Notes: generated from the sequence alone by a model not told the origin. 64,000 nt of DNA from Octopus vulgaris (GCA_951406725.2 OX597824.1:55676001-55740000); one strand, 5' to 3'; shown: positions 41,190 to 55,325, counted from the stretch's first letter. Made by a program: numbers and translations.

Positions 41190-43612
41190 TATACACTCAA
41201 CAGACTAGACTTTTGGAAAAGAAAAGAATCCTAACATCAGGCTACAAGTAGTCTTAGATGCCAAGAACCCTCCTACATATCCTAGCTATCCCTAATAACA
41301 CTGTTTTCTGGAGCTATACTAAACTGAGTTTTATGCCTATCTCCTCTAGCCATCTGTTCAGATCCTTAGGGATAGTTCCCAATGTACCTATAACTATTGG
41401 GATACATTTTACCCACACTTTCCATAGTTTCTGTAATTCAATAGCTAGGTCCTAGTAATTTGCTATACCTCTCATATTAATTTTTTCATCATTTGGGGCT
41501 GTAAAATCAATAATCTAGCAATTTCTACTCTCTTTATCTATCATTACCAAATCAGGCCTTTTAGCTTCTATTACACTGTCAGTCTGAATGTTAAAATCCC
41601 ACAAGATCTTGTATTTCTTACTTTCTAGTAATTTACTAGGTTCATGTTCATACCATTTATCAGTATGTTCAAATCCTAGCTTTCTACACATTGCTCTCTC
41701 TATCTTTTCTTATGTTCTTTCTGTGCCAGCATGCTATATTCATTTTCTATATGAATAACACTTTCCTCTTTTGATTTGCATAATCTACATTAGGAATCTA
41801 CTTGGTTTTGTCTGTCTTGGCTTTTATCCAATTAGTCCTTAATGTTTGATCTTATGCAGCTACTAACAAACTTTTTGTCTCCCTCTTCAGTTTTCCTTTC
41901 TGCAACCATAACCATGTCTCACTATTACTATTGGCTGCAACTATCTTTGGGAATCTACCATGCAACGCCTCCTCCTGCCAGTCAGATAATTTTTGTTCTT
42001 TTTTCTGGTTTTTAACTTCATTTAGGTTTTTGGTTTCCCTATGTTTTGCTGTGACTCGAGCAGCTTTTAATAGACTTTTTTCACTATTACTTACATAGGA
42101 GTCTATATCTACTCTAGCCAACTCCATGCAGTCTTCTATTTGTATTAACCCTCTTCCACTTTCCTTTCTAGATAGGTATAATATTGCTACTCCTGCATTT
42201 GGGTGGAGTCTTCCATTCATATTGAATTTCTTCCTAGTCCCTCTGTCTAGCTTTGCTAATGCAGTTTTTGTCCAATCTACAAAATCTGCTGAGTATCTAA
42301 GTAATGATACTGCACAAGTATTTACAGCCTTCACTAGATTCCAACTATTTAGCTTCCGCACCCTTCTGATGTACTCTTTCTCAATTTTTGTTTTCAATCG
42401 TGTAGTTAGTACTCTGTCAGATTCTAATACTCCTAGATACCATTACTATTTCTGAACCCGCACCCTGCCTTTGCCTTCCTTAATACTAAACTGAGGGGGA
42501 TATGACAAGTATTAAAGGAGATAACGAGACCCACTGGAAAATTCCTCTTTTGATATTAACTATACCTAAGAGTGTGTCGCCTGAGCAGAGATCTACTGTC
42601 CATTTCTTCATGCTGCAGTTAATTAATTCTCTTATGTTGTCTGCTATATTGAATATAATCAAACATTCACTTATCCATGAGTGTGGGATCATGTCATAGG
42701 CTTTCCTATAATCTGTCCATGCTATTGTTAGATTTTACTTTTTAGCTTTTACTTCATTTAGGACTGCTTTGTCTATATATAATAGATCATGTGTTCCTCT
42801 AGCCTTCTCTCTGCAACCTTTCTGTTCTTCTGGTAGTAAATTCTGGTTGTCAAGGTGCTTGTAAATGCTCTCTGAAAGCATTCCTCAGCCTCCCGTGTAA
42901 ACTATTGTATTTCTTTAGCCCATACTCTGGAACTAAATCTGGTCTAATTCAGCATTTTTCCTAACACATTACTCATTAATGCAGTTGTTAATCTTAGATC
43001 TGGTTGCTTCTCACTCACTACTTCTTCCCTCACTTTCTTTAACCATACTGCATCTCCATTATGATTAACTGGCTTATCCTGAATATTACTCCAGAACTTT
43101 TATAGCTTCTTCTGTATTAGGTTTCTCATCTTCAGTACTTCATTCTCCACTATTTATTTGGTTATAAAATTTCCTCTTGTCTGTCTTAAATACTTTATTC
43201 TGTTGATACTGAGCCATTCTTTTCTGATATCTGGAGAGCTTGCCTGCTACTGCTATGATACACTGTTTCAATTCTTCTATTACTGTCCTAAATCCTTTCT
43301 CTTTGACTAAGTACCTTTTCCCGAGGAAATATTTGCATCTTGTGTTTCCTAATTTGTTTGTTTTCCAGGCTTCTGTCCTACTCAGATCTTGTCTTAAAGT
43401 CTTCACTTTATTTTGTAGTTTCCTTTTCCTCATTTGCTCTTTTTTAATCTTTCTCTGTGAGATATCTAATCTTCTAGTGACTACTACCCCTCCTGCATAG
43501 ATCAATAAGTTAATGTCTCCTATATTTTTAGTATCTATCCTACTGATAATAGAATCTACTTTCCTAGTCATTTCTAGCAGCTACCTTCTGTTGGTGCTTT
43601 TTAATGCTGGCA
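41190..43612 (-). mobile_element. Second, more decayed R4/Dong-like element
   Basis: GIFQWVSLSP, SGRGL, LHGRF, WLQKGKLKRET; bordered by TTA repeats. Confidence 0.85.
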
Positions 43613-43622
43613 TATTATTATT

Positions 43623-44935
43623 TAAGACATCACACAGTATCTAATATTGTGATGTTGTAGATTGAAGATATTGTGTATACCAGAAGTTTGTACTGTCTAT
43701 TAAGTCACAAGAGTTTCAGACTGACAGTATTTTATGCAGTATGTGTGAAGTTCCAAGTAAAGCCAATTTTTGCAATACACCAAGATTGTAAGGTGTTTCT
43801 AAAGTGTCCAGATGTTTCTTCAGGTTGGGTTGAACCCAATGCCCTAATGACAACAGAAACAACCTTTATGTTTGACTCTCACAGCTGCCACGTCTTGGCA
43901 ATCTTAGTTTTCAGGTCACCATATTTATCGACCTTTTCTCTTTCTTTCATGATAATATGTTGATCTCCTGAAACCGCCATGCCAATTATTAAGCACTCTT
44001 GCTTCTCCCTTCTAAAGTCTACTATATCTGGCCTTCGGTGGTCTAACACCTTTGTCTGTCTGGAAGTCAGTCTCAGAGGATCTTTGCCTTCCCGTTTTCA
44101 TCCATTACATTTTCTGGTATACCTTGGTACCAAGCACCCATTACCTCATATCCATACTACCAGCATAGTAGCCAGTGAAGATTTTGGGCTACCTTGTGAC
44201 TGTGCTTGTATTCTTTTCTGTGCAAGACTTTCACAAATACTAACAACGTGAATCACACTTTTCTTTCCACACATTCTGCAGAGGTTCTTTGCACTTGTGT
44301 GATATATATATCCCTTTTCACTGAGTTGGTATCCAATGCTTGATCCTAGGCAGTGATGTTTAAGCTTTCAGTCTTCTTTTTAGGTCACCTTTGCTGAGCC
44401 ACCTTCATGGTCTTTTAATCTGTTAGTTTCTTAGTGGAACTAACTGTAATTCCATGTGGAGTAGTGTTTCTTCTCTTTCATTGGATATTTGTAATTGGAA
44501 TTTATTAGCACTCTCAACTCCATTGTTAGTAAATCCTTCTGCATTAGCAGCATACTGTTTACCAAACACTCTGCCATGTTTCTTCTTTCACTGTTGATAC
44601 AAGCCACGTCCACCTTTAACACCACTTCATGTACAGCCTGTGTAAGTTCGCCTGAGGTGGAACACATTATGCATTGTCATTGTCTTTCAGGTAGTGCAAT
44701 CAAGTTGGTCAATCACTTCTCGTGTACATTTCAGAATAGGGGCAATATAGCCCATATGTTGATGGTAGTCACAAGGTTCCTTGCATTGAGTTTTGACTTC
44801 AAATATGCAATGGTGACCTTGTCTTTCATTTCATTGTGCTTTAGAATTGCCAAACAGAGAGCGAAAGGGCGACCCTAAAGATGGTGAGTACAAGTACCTT
44901 GGGATCCTGGAACTGGACAATATCTTGTACAGAGA
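43623..44935 (-). mobile_element. Third R4/Dong-like fragment with an inverted 5' piece
   Basis: RRPDIV and LQKLALLGT on the minus strand; YKYLGILELD on the plus strand at 44885-44920; followed by (TTA)n. Confidence 0.7.
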
Positions 44936-45827
44936 AAAATTATTATCATTATTATTATTCTTGTTATTGTTATGGTTAGGGTGTTGCACTCACAATTGTG
45001 AGATTGTGGTTTCAGTTCCTAGACCAGGTGGAGTGTTGTGTTCTTGAGCAAAATACTTCATTCACAAAGCTCTACAATCACTTCAACACCTGATGCATTG
45101 TACACCATGTACCTGTTCAGGCAACGTTCATTTGATGGAGGGAGTAAACTCATGTACAGAACATACGTTTGATCACTATAAACAATGATGATGATGATTC
45201 CCACTGTTTGACCAGAGGGAATCCAGTGGATTCCCTCTGAACCTTCAGTGTGGAGAACATCCTAAGGGCCTTCACAAAGTGGTCAGAGCACTAAACAAGT
45301 GCATTAAAGTCATAGGGTCTTACTCTGAAGGAAATTAGAATTTTGTACTTTTTTGAAATTAAATGTCTTTTCTGAAAAAGTCTCAATACTTCTGGAATGC
45401 ACCTTATACATACATACAGTCAAAATGTGAGACCTAGAAATGCTCAGTATAGAAAACATGCAGTAGTGCTCAGATGATTTAAATTTAAACACCAAAATCT
45501 TTATTGAGAACTAGGTCCATGATGTAAAAAGTAACTCTAAGGGAAATCCAAGTGAGCTGATATGGGGATAGTGATGCAGATGAAGTATTGGCAATTCTTT
45601 CTCCTGATGAAGGAAGCCAATCTTATAGTGATGTCTCTATTTGACCATTTGCTGCTTGTATAGCCATGACTTTTTTTGCACATTTCAACTGCTAATTACG
45701 AGCATTACAATTATAACATAATTCCAAGATTCCAGAAATAACTGTAGAGTTAAGAAATTAGGCATTCTCTACTTAGTATTCTATATCTTTTATGCTCTTT
45801 GTAAATATATTTGTCTGTCTGTCTGTT

Positions 45828-45925
<98 letters not shown>

Positions 45926-45947
45926 CATACATATATATATATATATA

Positions 45948-46330
45948 CTAGCAGTATCGCCCGGCGTTGCTCGGGTTTGTAAGGGAAATAACTATAAAGC
46001 ATCTTTAGAGAGTTATAGCCAAAAAATAGCAAAAAGATGGAAAAAAATGATGGTAAATTTTTTTTTTAGTTAAAAAAGGTGGAGTTGCGTCCCCTAGACA
46101 GTTTGCGGTTTGTGTTTCTGATTCTCGACCCCATGTCGAATTTATCGATTTTTTTCAGAACTGGGGGAACTTTTCAAAATTTTCGCTGCGTTAGTTTTGA
46201 ATTATGACATTGGGCTATGTGTGTGTCAAGTTTCATCAGAATCGGTTGAAAGCCGTGGTCAGGGTGAGGGTACAAGAAAACAGACACACAGAAACACGCA
46301 CAGACAAACTGCCGTTTATATAGAGAGAGA
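45948..46330 (-). mobile_element. Intact non-autonomous Helitron
   Basis: Reverse complement begins TCTCTCTATATAAAC and ends with hairpin cccgagcaacgccggg...CTAG; inserted in (TA)n. Confidence 0.85.
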
Positions 46331-46589
46331 TACACACACACATATATTTAATTAGGGTTGTGTTAACCCCTTGAAGGGATGGTTTCATCCAAGGAAATAT
46401 ATATATATAAGTTAAATCTAAAATTAAAAATTAAGGTTTAGAAAGGAGGTATTAAAATACAGTATTCAAACCTTGTTTCAAGTAAGTCCCAGGTAGTGTA
46501 TCTGCAGAGCACATTCACAACTTATGGCTGCCAGGCATCATCTGCATCACTGCGCTTTTGTTGCTGGATCTATGTCAGGAATCCCTGGG

Positions 46590-47825
46590 TGTACATTGGG
46601 TATGTTTTACATGATTGTTACAAAAGATGGAGTGGAACTAGAAGCTTTATTTATCACACTAATTGTTTCAGCTGCCTTTTGCACTGCTCCCTAGAGGGTA
46701 GGGAATGATGTAATGATATTAGATGCATCACACAGTGCAGGAAGCCTCATCAGGTGATGAATCATACTTCGAAAGTTGTAAGATTTACATTTTGCTTTTG
46801 TTCCAAGTTAGGTGCTGGTGGTGTGTTGCTGGTAGTTCACACACATTGGTGAGGTGAGGAAACTTGCAGTCAAGAAGTGGTTGATAAAAAGATAAAAAAT
46901 GGGATGGGGTTATGGCATTGGATTGAAAGGTCTTAAGTGTGTAGAGACCTTTGATGCCTGGCTATGGCAGTCAAGCATGATAGTGAGGTCAAGCCAAAAC
47001 CACACTGTACTCTGGTATAATCCAATTCACACATCGAATGTTTCTTTGAAGATCACTAGACAGTTCCTTGTTGCATTGGACAGGTGATTCCTGAAATCAC
47101 ATAAATGCTACTTCATATTTAACAAGTATAACATAAAGAGGTCATACACAACCTCCTCCAACTTGGAGTAGCATATGCACGAAATTAACAACAGGATGAG
47201 TGATGAGTGCCTGTATGTATATATATATATATATATATAGGTGTGTGTGCATATGGGTGTGTGAATGCATGTGTCTGTATTTTTACATGTGCACACGCTC
47301 ATATGTATATATATGTGTGAGTATGCGGTTGTGTGCGTGTTGGTGTAAGCAGCCATCAAATCTAAAGACGAGAATCACACTCCCACCAAATTCTTGACCA
47401 CACTTGACTGCCATAACCAGCCATCAAAGATCTACACACACTATAGGACCTTTCAATCCAGTGCCATAAACCCAACTCCATTTACATTAGATTCTCTATA
47501 TTTCTTATTTTTTTATCACCCACTTCCTTACTACAACTATAAACACCCCCTCCATTTACATTAAATTCTTGTATTTTTAATTTTTATTATCAACCACTTC
47601 TTTTCTCACTTCACCAACATCTAACTTGGAGCAAAACCGAAATGTAAATCTTATAACTTTTGGAGCATGTTACATCACCTGATGAGGCTTTCTGCACTGT
47701 GTGATGCTTTGATATCATTACATCGTTCCTACACATTATGGAGCTGTTGCAGAAGGGAGCTGAAATGATTGTTGTGCTAAATGAAGCTTCTAGTTACATT
47801 CCATCTTATGTATCAATCATTTAAA

Positions 47826-47830
<5 letters not shown>
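46590..47830. mobile_element. Two divergently oriented PLE 3' ends, each with an HHR (46653-46758 minus; 47674-47778 plus)
   Basis: atcac-CTGATGA-ggct..ctgcactg...agct-GAAA(C/T)..ATT..GT-gtg(a/c)t; 46600-47000 inverts 47390-47825. Confidence 0.7.
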
Positions 47831-47849
<19 letters not shown>

Positions 47850-47857
<8 letters not shown>

Positions 47858-48594
47858 ATTTTGTTTCTAGATTTAATTTGCAAGATTCTTTATGTGAGTT
47901 TGTGTGTTGAAGCATATACTGTTGTGTCTAGGGAGAGTCATTCTCTTTTAGTGCCTTATAATTCAACACACCCACCGGTAAAATTTCCACTTATTTCCTT
48001 CTTTATTTTTCTAAAATTTTCATTGCTTCTTGCAATCTTTTCAATAGTTTTAACTGTCTGTTATTCACAGTGTTCCTGTTTGTTTGTTTGTGCACATGTG
48101 TGTGGGTTAGTGTGTGTGTGTGTGTGTGTGTGTGTGCATATGCATGCATGCATGTATGTATGTATGTATGCATGTATTTATGTATGTATGTGTGAACATT
48201 TGTATGTATGTATTCTGCATATTCATGTGTTTGCGTGCCTATGTTTGTGCGTTTTTATGTGTGTGTGTGTGTGTGTGTTTGTATATGTGTGTGTGTACCT
48301 CTGTCTCCTTGTGGGAGCATGTCTAAGTATGTATGTGTGTGTGTTTCGCAAATATGTACTGTGTTTGTATGTATGGATATGTATCTCCATATGTGTCCTT
48401 GTGTGAAGTGAAGTGTGTATGTATATATGGTCACGTGTTTCAGTCTTTCAGGCTTCATTTCTGTTCATTTGTGAAGACTGAAACACGTGACCATATATAC
48501 ATACACACTTTACTTCACACAAGGACACATATGGAGACACATGTCCACACATATTGAGATACACATCCATACAAACACGGTACATAGTTGCAAA

Positions 48595-48634
<40 letters not shown>

Positions 48635-49044
48635 ACACTCAGACATGCACACACATGCATAAACAAGCACACACACACACACATACATAAAAACACGCAA
48701 ACTATGAATATGCAGAATACATACATACAAATGTACACACATATATATATAAGTACATGCATACACACATATGCATGCATGCATACATACATACATACAT
48801 ACATACATACATACATACATACATACATACATGCATATGCACACACACACACTAACCCACATACTTGCGCACAAACAAGCAAAAAGTAATACAGTGTGAA
48901 TAACAGATAGAGTTAAGACTATTAAAAAGGTTGCAAGACGCAATGAAAATTTTAGAAAAATAAAGAAGGAAATAAGTGGAAATTTTACTGGTGAGTGTTA
49001 AATTATAAAGCACTAAAAGAGAATGACTCTCCCTAGACACAACA

Positions 49045-49050
<6 letters not shown>
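47850..49050. repeat. ~1.2-kb imperfect palindrome of a non-coding family (third copy at 56195-56565)
   Basis: 47915-48445 inverts 48475-49047, including the low-complexity middle; HHR-like motif at 48011-48047 (minus). Confidence 0.8.
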
Positions 49051-49085
<35 letters not shown>

Positions 49086-49086
<1 letters not shown>

Positions 49087-52000
49087 GGTCCCACCGTCCC
49101 AGGGTCCTTAGAACCCATGCCTCCCACACCCTCAGGGTTGGCACCCTCAACGTTGGCACTCTGAAAGGTAGGTCTGGTGAGATAGTCGAGATGCTTGAAC
49201 GGAGATGTGTGGATATATGTTGCATGCAAGAAATAAGGTGGAGAGGAGGATCAGCTAGGTTCCTCACAGGCAAGGAACACAGGTACAAGATTTTCTGGGC
49301 ACGGAACACTGACGGGGTTGGTGGCGTGGGTATACTTATCACTGAGAAATGGGTAGATAAAGTAATTGAGGTAATCAGAGTATGTGACAGAATACTTAAG
49401 ATTAGATTAGTGCTTCATCATAGTTTAGCAACCATTATATCAGCCTATGCTCCTCAGTCGGGGCTACCCGATGGACAGAAAGACCGATTCTATGACACTA
49501 CTGCAGACTACCTCGTTGACGAACGACAGAGACCTTATCTTTGTGGCTGGTGACTTCAATGGTCACGTTGGACGACATGCTGGGGGCTTCCATGGCGTAC
49601 ATGGAGGCTATAGCTATGGCTCCCGCAACGAGGAGGGAACCAGGCTGCTGGAGTTCTGTGATGCAAATAATCTTATGATTTGCAACACTAACTTCAGGAA
49701 ACCTACCAGCCACCTAGTCACTTACCGATCGGGCCAACATACCAGCCAAATTGACTACATCCTTGCAAGGCAAAGGGAGAGATGGCTGCTTATAAATGCC
49801 AAAACCTTCCCAGGTGAAGAATGTACCCCACAACATAAACTGGTAGTTAGTGACTTTAGGATCAGGACTAGGAGGACAACCAGAAGACGACCAATATGGA
49901 GAAGAAGGATCTGGAAGCTTAAAGATCCTGCAAATGGACAGAGATTTAGGGACATATTACTTGAAGTCTCTGACGAGGTAGAAGGGGATAGAGCATCACA
50001 GGGGGTAGAAGACAGCTGGACGTTTCTAAGGGACAACCTGCTGAGAGCCACTGACCAGATCTGTGGCTGGTGCAAAGTCCCCTCTCGACCTAGAATAATG
50101 TGGTGGTGGAACAATATTGTAGATAGGGCTATTAGAGAAAAGAGACAGGCTTGGAAGGTCTGGAAAAATGGGGGTAGCAGGGAATTGTATCAGACTGCCA
50201 AAAGAGAAGCTAGGAGACAGGTTTATTTAGCCAGAGGGGAAGCAGATAAGAAAAAATTTGCCAATGTTCTGCGCCATGAGGACCAAAGACTGGAGGTGTT
50301 TCGCGTTGCAAGACAGTGTGTGAGAGAGAATCGTGATGTGGTAGGAGAGAAGTGTGTTCGCATGGAAGATGGTTCACTTGCGCTAAATGAGGATGCAAAA
50401 GAGAGAGGTTTGGAGATGCCACTATGAAAGGTTGCTGAATAAAGAAAATGAATGGGATAAAGAGAGTCTGCCGAATGTTGACCCAACAGAGGGACCAGCT
50501 ATCCGAGTTGATAGTTCCATGGTAGCTAAGGCAATTAGAAGCATGAAGACAGGGAAAGCCCCAGGCCCATCAGGAATCACTGCAGAGATGCTCAAAATGT
50601 CTGGTAGTGTCGGCTATAGCCTAATCACCCGTATAGTTAATCAGGTGATACACAAAGGAGTCATACCCAATGACTGGTGTAGCAGCATAATAGTCAACTG
50701 CTACAAAGGTAAAGGTGACGCCCTAGATACAAATAACTACAGAGGTATCAAGCTGTTGGATCAGGTGATGAAGGTTACGGAGAGGGTCATAGCCCAACTA
50801 ATTAGAGACAGAGTTAGTTTAGATGAGATGCAGTTTGGGTTTGTGCCAGGGAAAAGTACTACTGATGCTATATTCCTGGTAAGGCAGCTGCAGGAGAAAT
50901 ACCTAGCCAAAGATAAGCCCCTGTTCCTGGCTTTTGTTGACATGGAGAAAGCCTTCGACAGGGTCCCCTGATCCCTTATCTGGTGGTCAATGAGGAAACT
51001 AGAGATAGATGAATGGTTAGTGAGAGCTGTGCGGGCCATGTATAGGGACGCTGCTAGTAGGGTGAGGGTTGGAAACGAGTAAAGTGAAGAATTCCGGGTA
51101 GAGGTAGGGGTCCACCAAGGCTTAGTACTCAGCCCCCTCCTATTTATCATAGTCCTCCAGGCAATAACGGAGGAATTCAAGACAGGATGCCCTTGGGAGC
51201 TCCTCTATGCTGATGACCTTGCTCTAATTGCTGAGTCGCTATCAGAACTGGAGGAGAAGTTTCAGGTGTGGAAACAAGGATTAGAATTGAAGGGCCTCAA
51301 AGTCAATCTAGCTAAAACCAAAGTCGTAATAAGTAAGAAGGTAGACAAATCACAAATGCCTTCAGGTAGATGGCCCTACTCGATCTGTAGAAAAGGTGTA
51401 GGTAGAAACTCTATAAGATGCACCAAGTGTAAGCTATGGACACATAAGAGGTGCAGCAATGTCAAAGGAAGGCTAACTAGGAAGATGGTTTTTGTATGTG
51501 GCAGATGCTCAGGAGCAATAAACACTGAAAATGCTCTGAGACCAACTTCCGTCACTTTCCAGGGAGAAAAACTAGAAATAGTTGATAGTTTCCGTTACCT
51601 AGGTGACCAAGTCAGCAGCGGGGGCGGGTGTGCTGAAAGTGTAACTGCTAGAGTAAGAATAGCTTGGGCAAAGTTCAGAGAGCTCTTACCTCTGCTGGTG
51701 ACAAAAGGCCTCTCGCACAGAGTGAAAGGCAGACTGTATGATGCGTGTGTACGAACAGCCATGCTACATGGCAGTGAAACATGGGCTGTGACTGCTGAGG
51801 ATATGCGTAAGCTCGCAAGAAATGAAGCCAGTATGCTCCGATGGATGTGTAATGTCAGTACTCATACTCGGCAGAGTGTAAGTACCTTGAGAGAAAAGCT
51901 GGACCTAAGAAGCATCAGTTGTGGTGTGCAAGAGAGACGTTTGCGCTGGTATGGTCATGTGGCGAGAATGGATGAAGATAGTTGTGTGAAAAAGTGCCAC

Positions 52001-52770
52001 ACCCTAGCGGTTGAGGGAACCTGTGGAAGAGGCAGACCCAGGAAAACCTGGGACGAGGTGGTGAAGCATGACCTTCGAACTTTAGGTCTCACTGAGGAAA
52101 TGACTAGAGACCGAGTCCTCTGGAAGTGTGCTGTGCGCGAGAAGACCCGGCAGGACAAGTGAGTCCATAACCCGTGGCCTTCTACATGGGATGGAGCCAG
52201 CCTACGTATGCATACCTTCCCTTCTTGGGACACAAAACTCTACTTGTGAAGACCTGTTGAGGCAAGTGAGGATCAGAATCGAAATCGATCAATGGAAATT
52301 GCAGATGTGTTACCAGTGCCGGTGGCATGTCGAAACTCTACTTGTGAAGACCCGTTGAGGCAAGTGAGGATCAGAATCGAAATCGATCAATGGAAATCGA
52401 TCAATGGAAATTGCAGATGTGTTACCAGTGCCGGTGGCATGTAAGAGAACTTTCCGTTTCGTGTCCGTTGCCAGCCTCGCCTGGCCCTCGTGCCGGTGGC
52501 ACATAAAAAGCACCATCCGTTCGTGGCCGTTTGCCAGCTCTGTCTGGCACCTGTGCGGGTGGCACGTAAAAAGCACCCACTACACTCTCGGAGTGGTTGG
52601 CGTTAGGAAGGGCATCCAGCCGTAGAAACACTGCCAGATTTGACTGGGCCTGATGAAGCCATCTGACTGGCCTGGTGTAGCCTTCGGGCTTGCCAGACCC
52701 CAGTTGAACCGTCCAACCCATGCTAGCATGGAAAACGGACGCTAAACGATGATGATGATGATGATGATGA
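49086..52770 (+). mobile_element. Near full-length RTE-clade LINE (APE + RT) with a few frameshifts/stops
   Basis: LRVGTLNVGTL, CCMQE, AGDFNGH, QIDYIL, KAPGPSGI, NYRGIKLL, FVDMEKAFD, LYADD, WYGHV; (ATG)n tail; 3' UTR tandem duplication at ~52235/52333. Confidence 0.95.
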
Positions 52771-52834
52771 ATACATACATACACACACACACATCTATAT
52801 GTGTGTGTGTATGTGTGTGTGTGTGTGTATAGTT

Positions 52835-55325
52835 TAAATTTACAGAAAACAAAAGATGAAGATAGGTGAAGGAGCAATAAGTATGTGTATAAGTTTAACA
52901 CTCAGGAAGAATGGCAAAGTCATTGATGTTTCAAGCCTACACCCTTTAACAGAAAGGATTAAGAGGTAAGAAAATGGAGAGAGAACCAAAAAGAAACAGA
53001 GAGAGAGAAAATCTGTAGGGATTAACAGTTCAGCATGATGAAATGGTTGGAAGAAAGAGGCTGAGTGAAATGGAGATAATAATGGTGATTCAGACAAACT
53101 AAGATGCACAAGTGTGTATGTGAGAATGGTGTGTGTGAGTGTGTATGTGTGAATGGGGTCGAGTTTGTTAGTATATATGTATGTATGGGCAAGCTGAAAA
53201 TTATGTGGGCCTGTGTGTGTATGTGTATAAGTGACCTAGTGTATACATTATGTGGAGTGATGAACTTTTCATGTACTGGTGTGTATGTGTGTGTATGGAC
53301 GTGTGTACGGATTATCATGTGTGTGTGCAAATGCATGGGCATGTGTATGTGCATTTGTACAAGTAACTTAGTGTATGCGTTATGTGGAATGATGCACATT
53401 TTATGTATTTGTGTGTGTATGTGTGTTCGTATAGACATGTGTATATGTGTGAGGCTATTGTGTGTGTATATATGTGTGTGTGCATGTGCAAATGCTTGTA
53501 TTTAGCAGTTGATGTATGCTTTTTCAGGTGGTGTGTGCACATGTGTATATGTGTGTGTCTGTGAACCTATAGTGTGTATGTGCATAATGAATGTTTGTGT
53601 GTGAAAGTTGTCTGTGTTTATGTGTATTGTGTGTGTGTATTGTCTGTATTCAGGTGTTTTGTGCATTTTGGAGTCAATACTGTGTGTTGTGGGGGAAAGA
53701 TAGAGGTGTGAGGTGAGATGGGGTTAGGAAGTGTGATAGCAGTGAGGGGAGGTAGGATAGGGGTGAAAGGATGTGGGGTGAGGTAAGGTGGGATGGGGTG
53801 AGGAGAGGTTGGGGTTGGCAGATATTGAGTGTTAGTGTGTAGAGTGGGAAGGTGTGTGTGAATGCATGACCATGTGAGTGTGTGCGACTGTGATAGTGTG
53901 TATGATGACGTGTGGTGTGTGTACTGAGTTGAACAGTGAGTAGGGGTGATCATGTAGTGGTATGTGTGGTGACACTATTTAAGAGTGTATGTGGGTGTGT
54001 GGATAATGGCATGTGGTGTGGGTACTGAGAGATGTTAGATGCTAGTATGTATGGAGTGGGAAGGTGTGTGTGGGTGGGTGCAAAATGATGTGTGATGTGA
54101 GTAATAAGTTGAACAGTGTGTATGGGTGTTTGCATAGTGGTGTGTGTGGTGAGGGTACCAAGGTAGGTAGTGTGCAGGTATGTGGGTGGAGGGTGGGTAG
54201 TTGAATTGGGAGGTGTGTGGGTTGGTGCTACATGAAGACTGGTGGCGAATTGAGATCATAAGGAGCTAAATATGAAGGGAGAAGATTAATTCCTGTTCAT
54301 GGCGATGGTGGGAATCTAGGTGGCGCTTGTACAGAGACAGTTCAAACACAGACAGATGCTGTAGTGAATGACCAGTGGAGTGGGAGTGGTGTGAGACTGG
54401 GGTGTCCTTGCCGAGTCTGATGTCTCAGAGGTGTTCAGTAAACTGCTCAGCCAAGCAGCATCCTGTTTGACCAATGTACAGTGTAGGACAGGGAGAGCAG
54501 GAGATACAGTAGATAAAATTACTGGAGGTGCAGATAAAGGAGGTGGTGATGTGGTAGGGGCAGTAATGAGTGCTAATGTGGCAAGTTGTGTTGGAGAGGT
54601 TGGAGCAGGTGTGAAAGCATGGGTGAGAGCAAGGGAAGGAGCCAGGCTGGGAGGCAGAAGTAGGGAAGAAATTGTGGATCAGGAGGTCATGCAGGTGATG
54701 GGTGCATTTGAAGGAGGGAAGGGTGGGTTAGGGGAGATGTATAAAAGTGGAGAGGTTGGACTGGAGTTGACAGAAGGCTTGGAGAATGGTGCATTGGAGA
54801 GGTAAGGTGGAGAAGTGGTAGGTGAGGGGAAAAGGGAAGTGGGTAAGTGTGGGGCAGGTGCAGGAAGAGAGAGCAGAGGCACGGTCAATGGGTCGTACCC
54901 AGGCAAGGGCAGTGTGGATAAAGTTGAGGGGGATATCCACGTAGGATGAAGTGGTGAGCCATGAGTTGTGACTTGGTCTCAAAGTTATAGTCATCACTGC
55001 AGAGCCAGCATAGATGGAGAAATTGGGAGCAGGGAACAGAGCTTGGTGTGGGTAGGTGGGAGGAGAAGTTGAGGTAGGAGTGTGAGTCTGTGTATTTGTA
55101 GTGGATAGAGGTGGTAAGAGAAGAGTAGTGTATGCTGATAGAAATGTTGAGAAATTCAATGGAGGAGTTGGAAACAATGCAGGAGAATTCAAGTGATGGA
55201 AGGACTGGATGAAGGAGAGGAAAGATTTAAGATGTTTGCAGGAGATTAAGGTCACACTGGTACAGTCATCGATATAACAATCATATAGCACAGGAGTGGG
55301 ACCAGTGAACTGTGAGAATATTTGA
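52835..55325 (-). mobile_element. Penelope-like element: RT, GIY-YIG, CA-rich 3' region and pseudo-LTR
   Basis: YIDD at ~55270; FICTSSNFIYCISCSPCPTLYIGQT at ~54470-54540; pseudo-LTR shared with 29520-29680. Confidence 0.75.

Noticed and set aside
48428-48495. Hammerhead at the centre of the 1.2-kb palindrome (GAAACACGTG)
   Set aside because: No acceptable core spacing, stem II or NUH site
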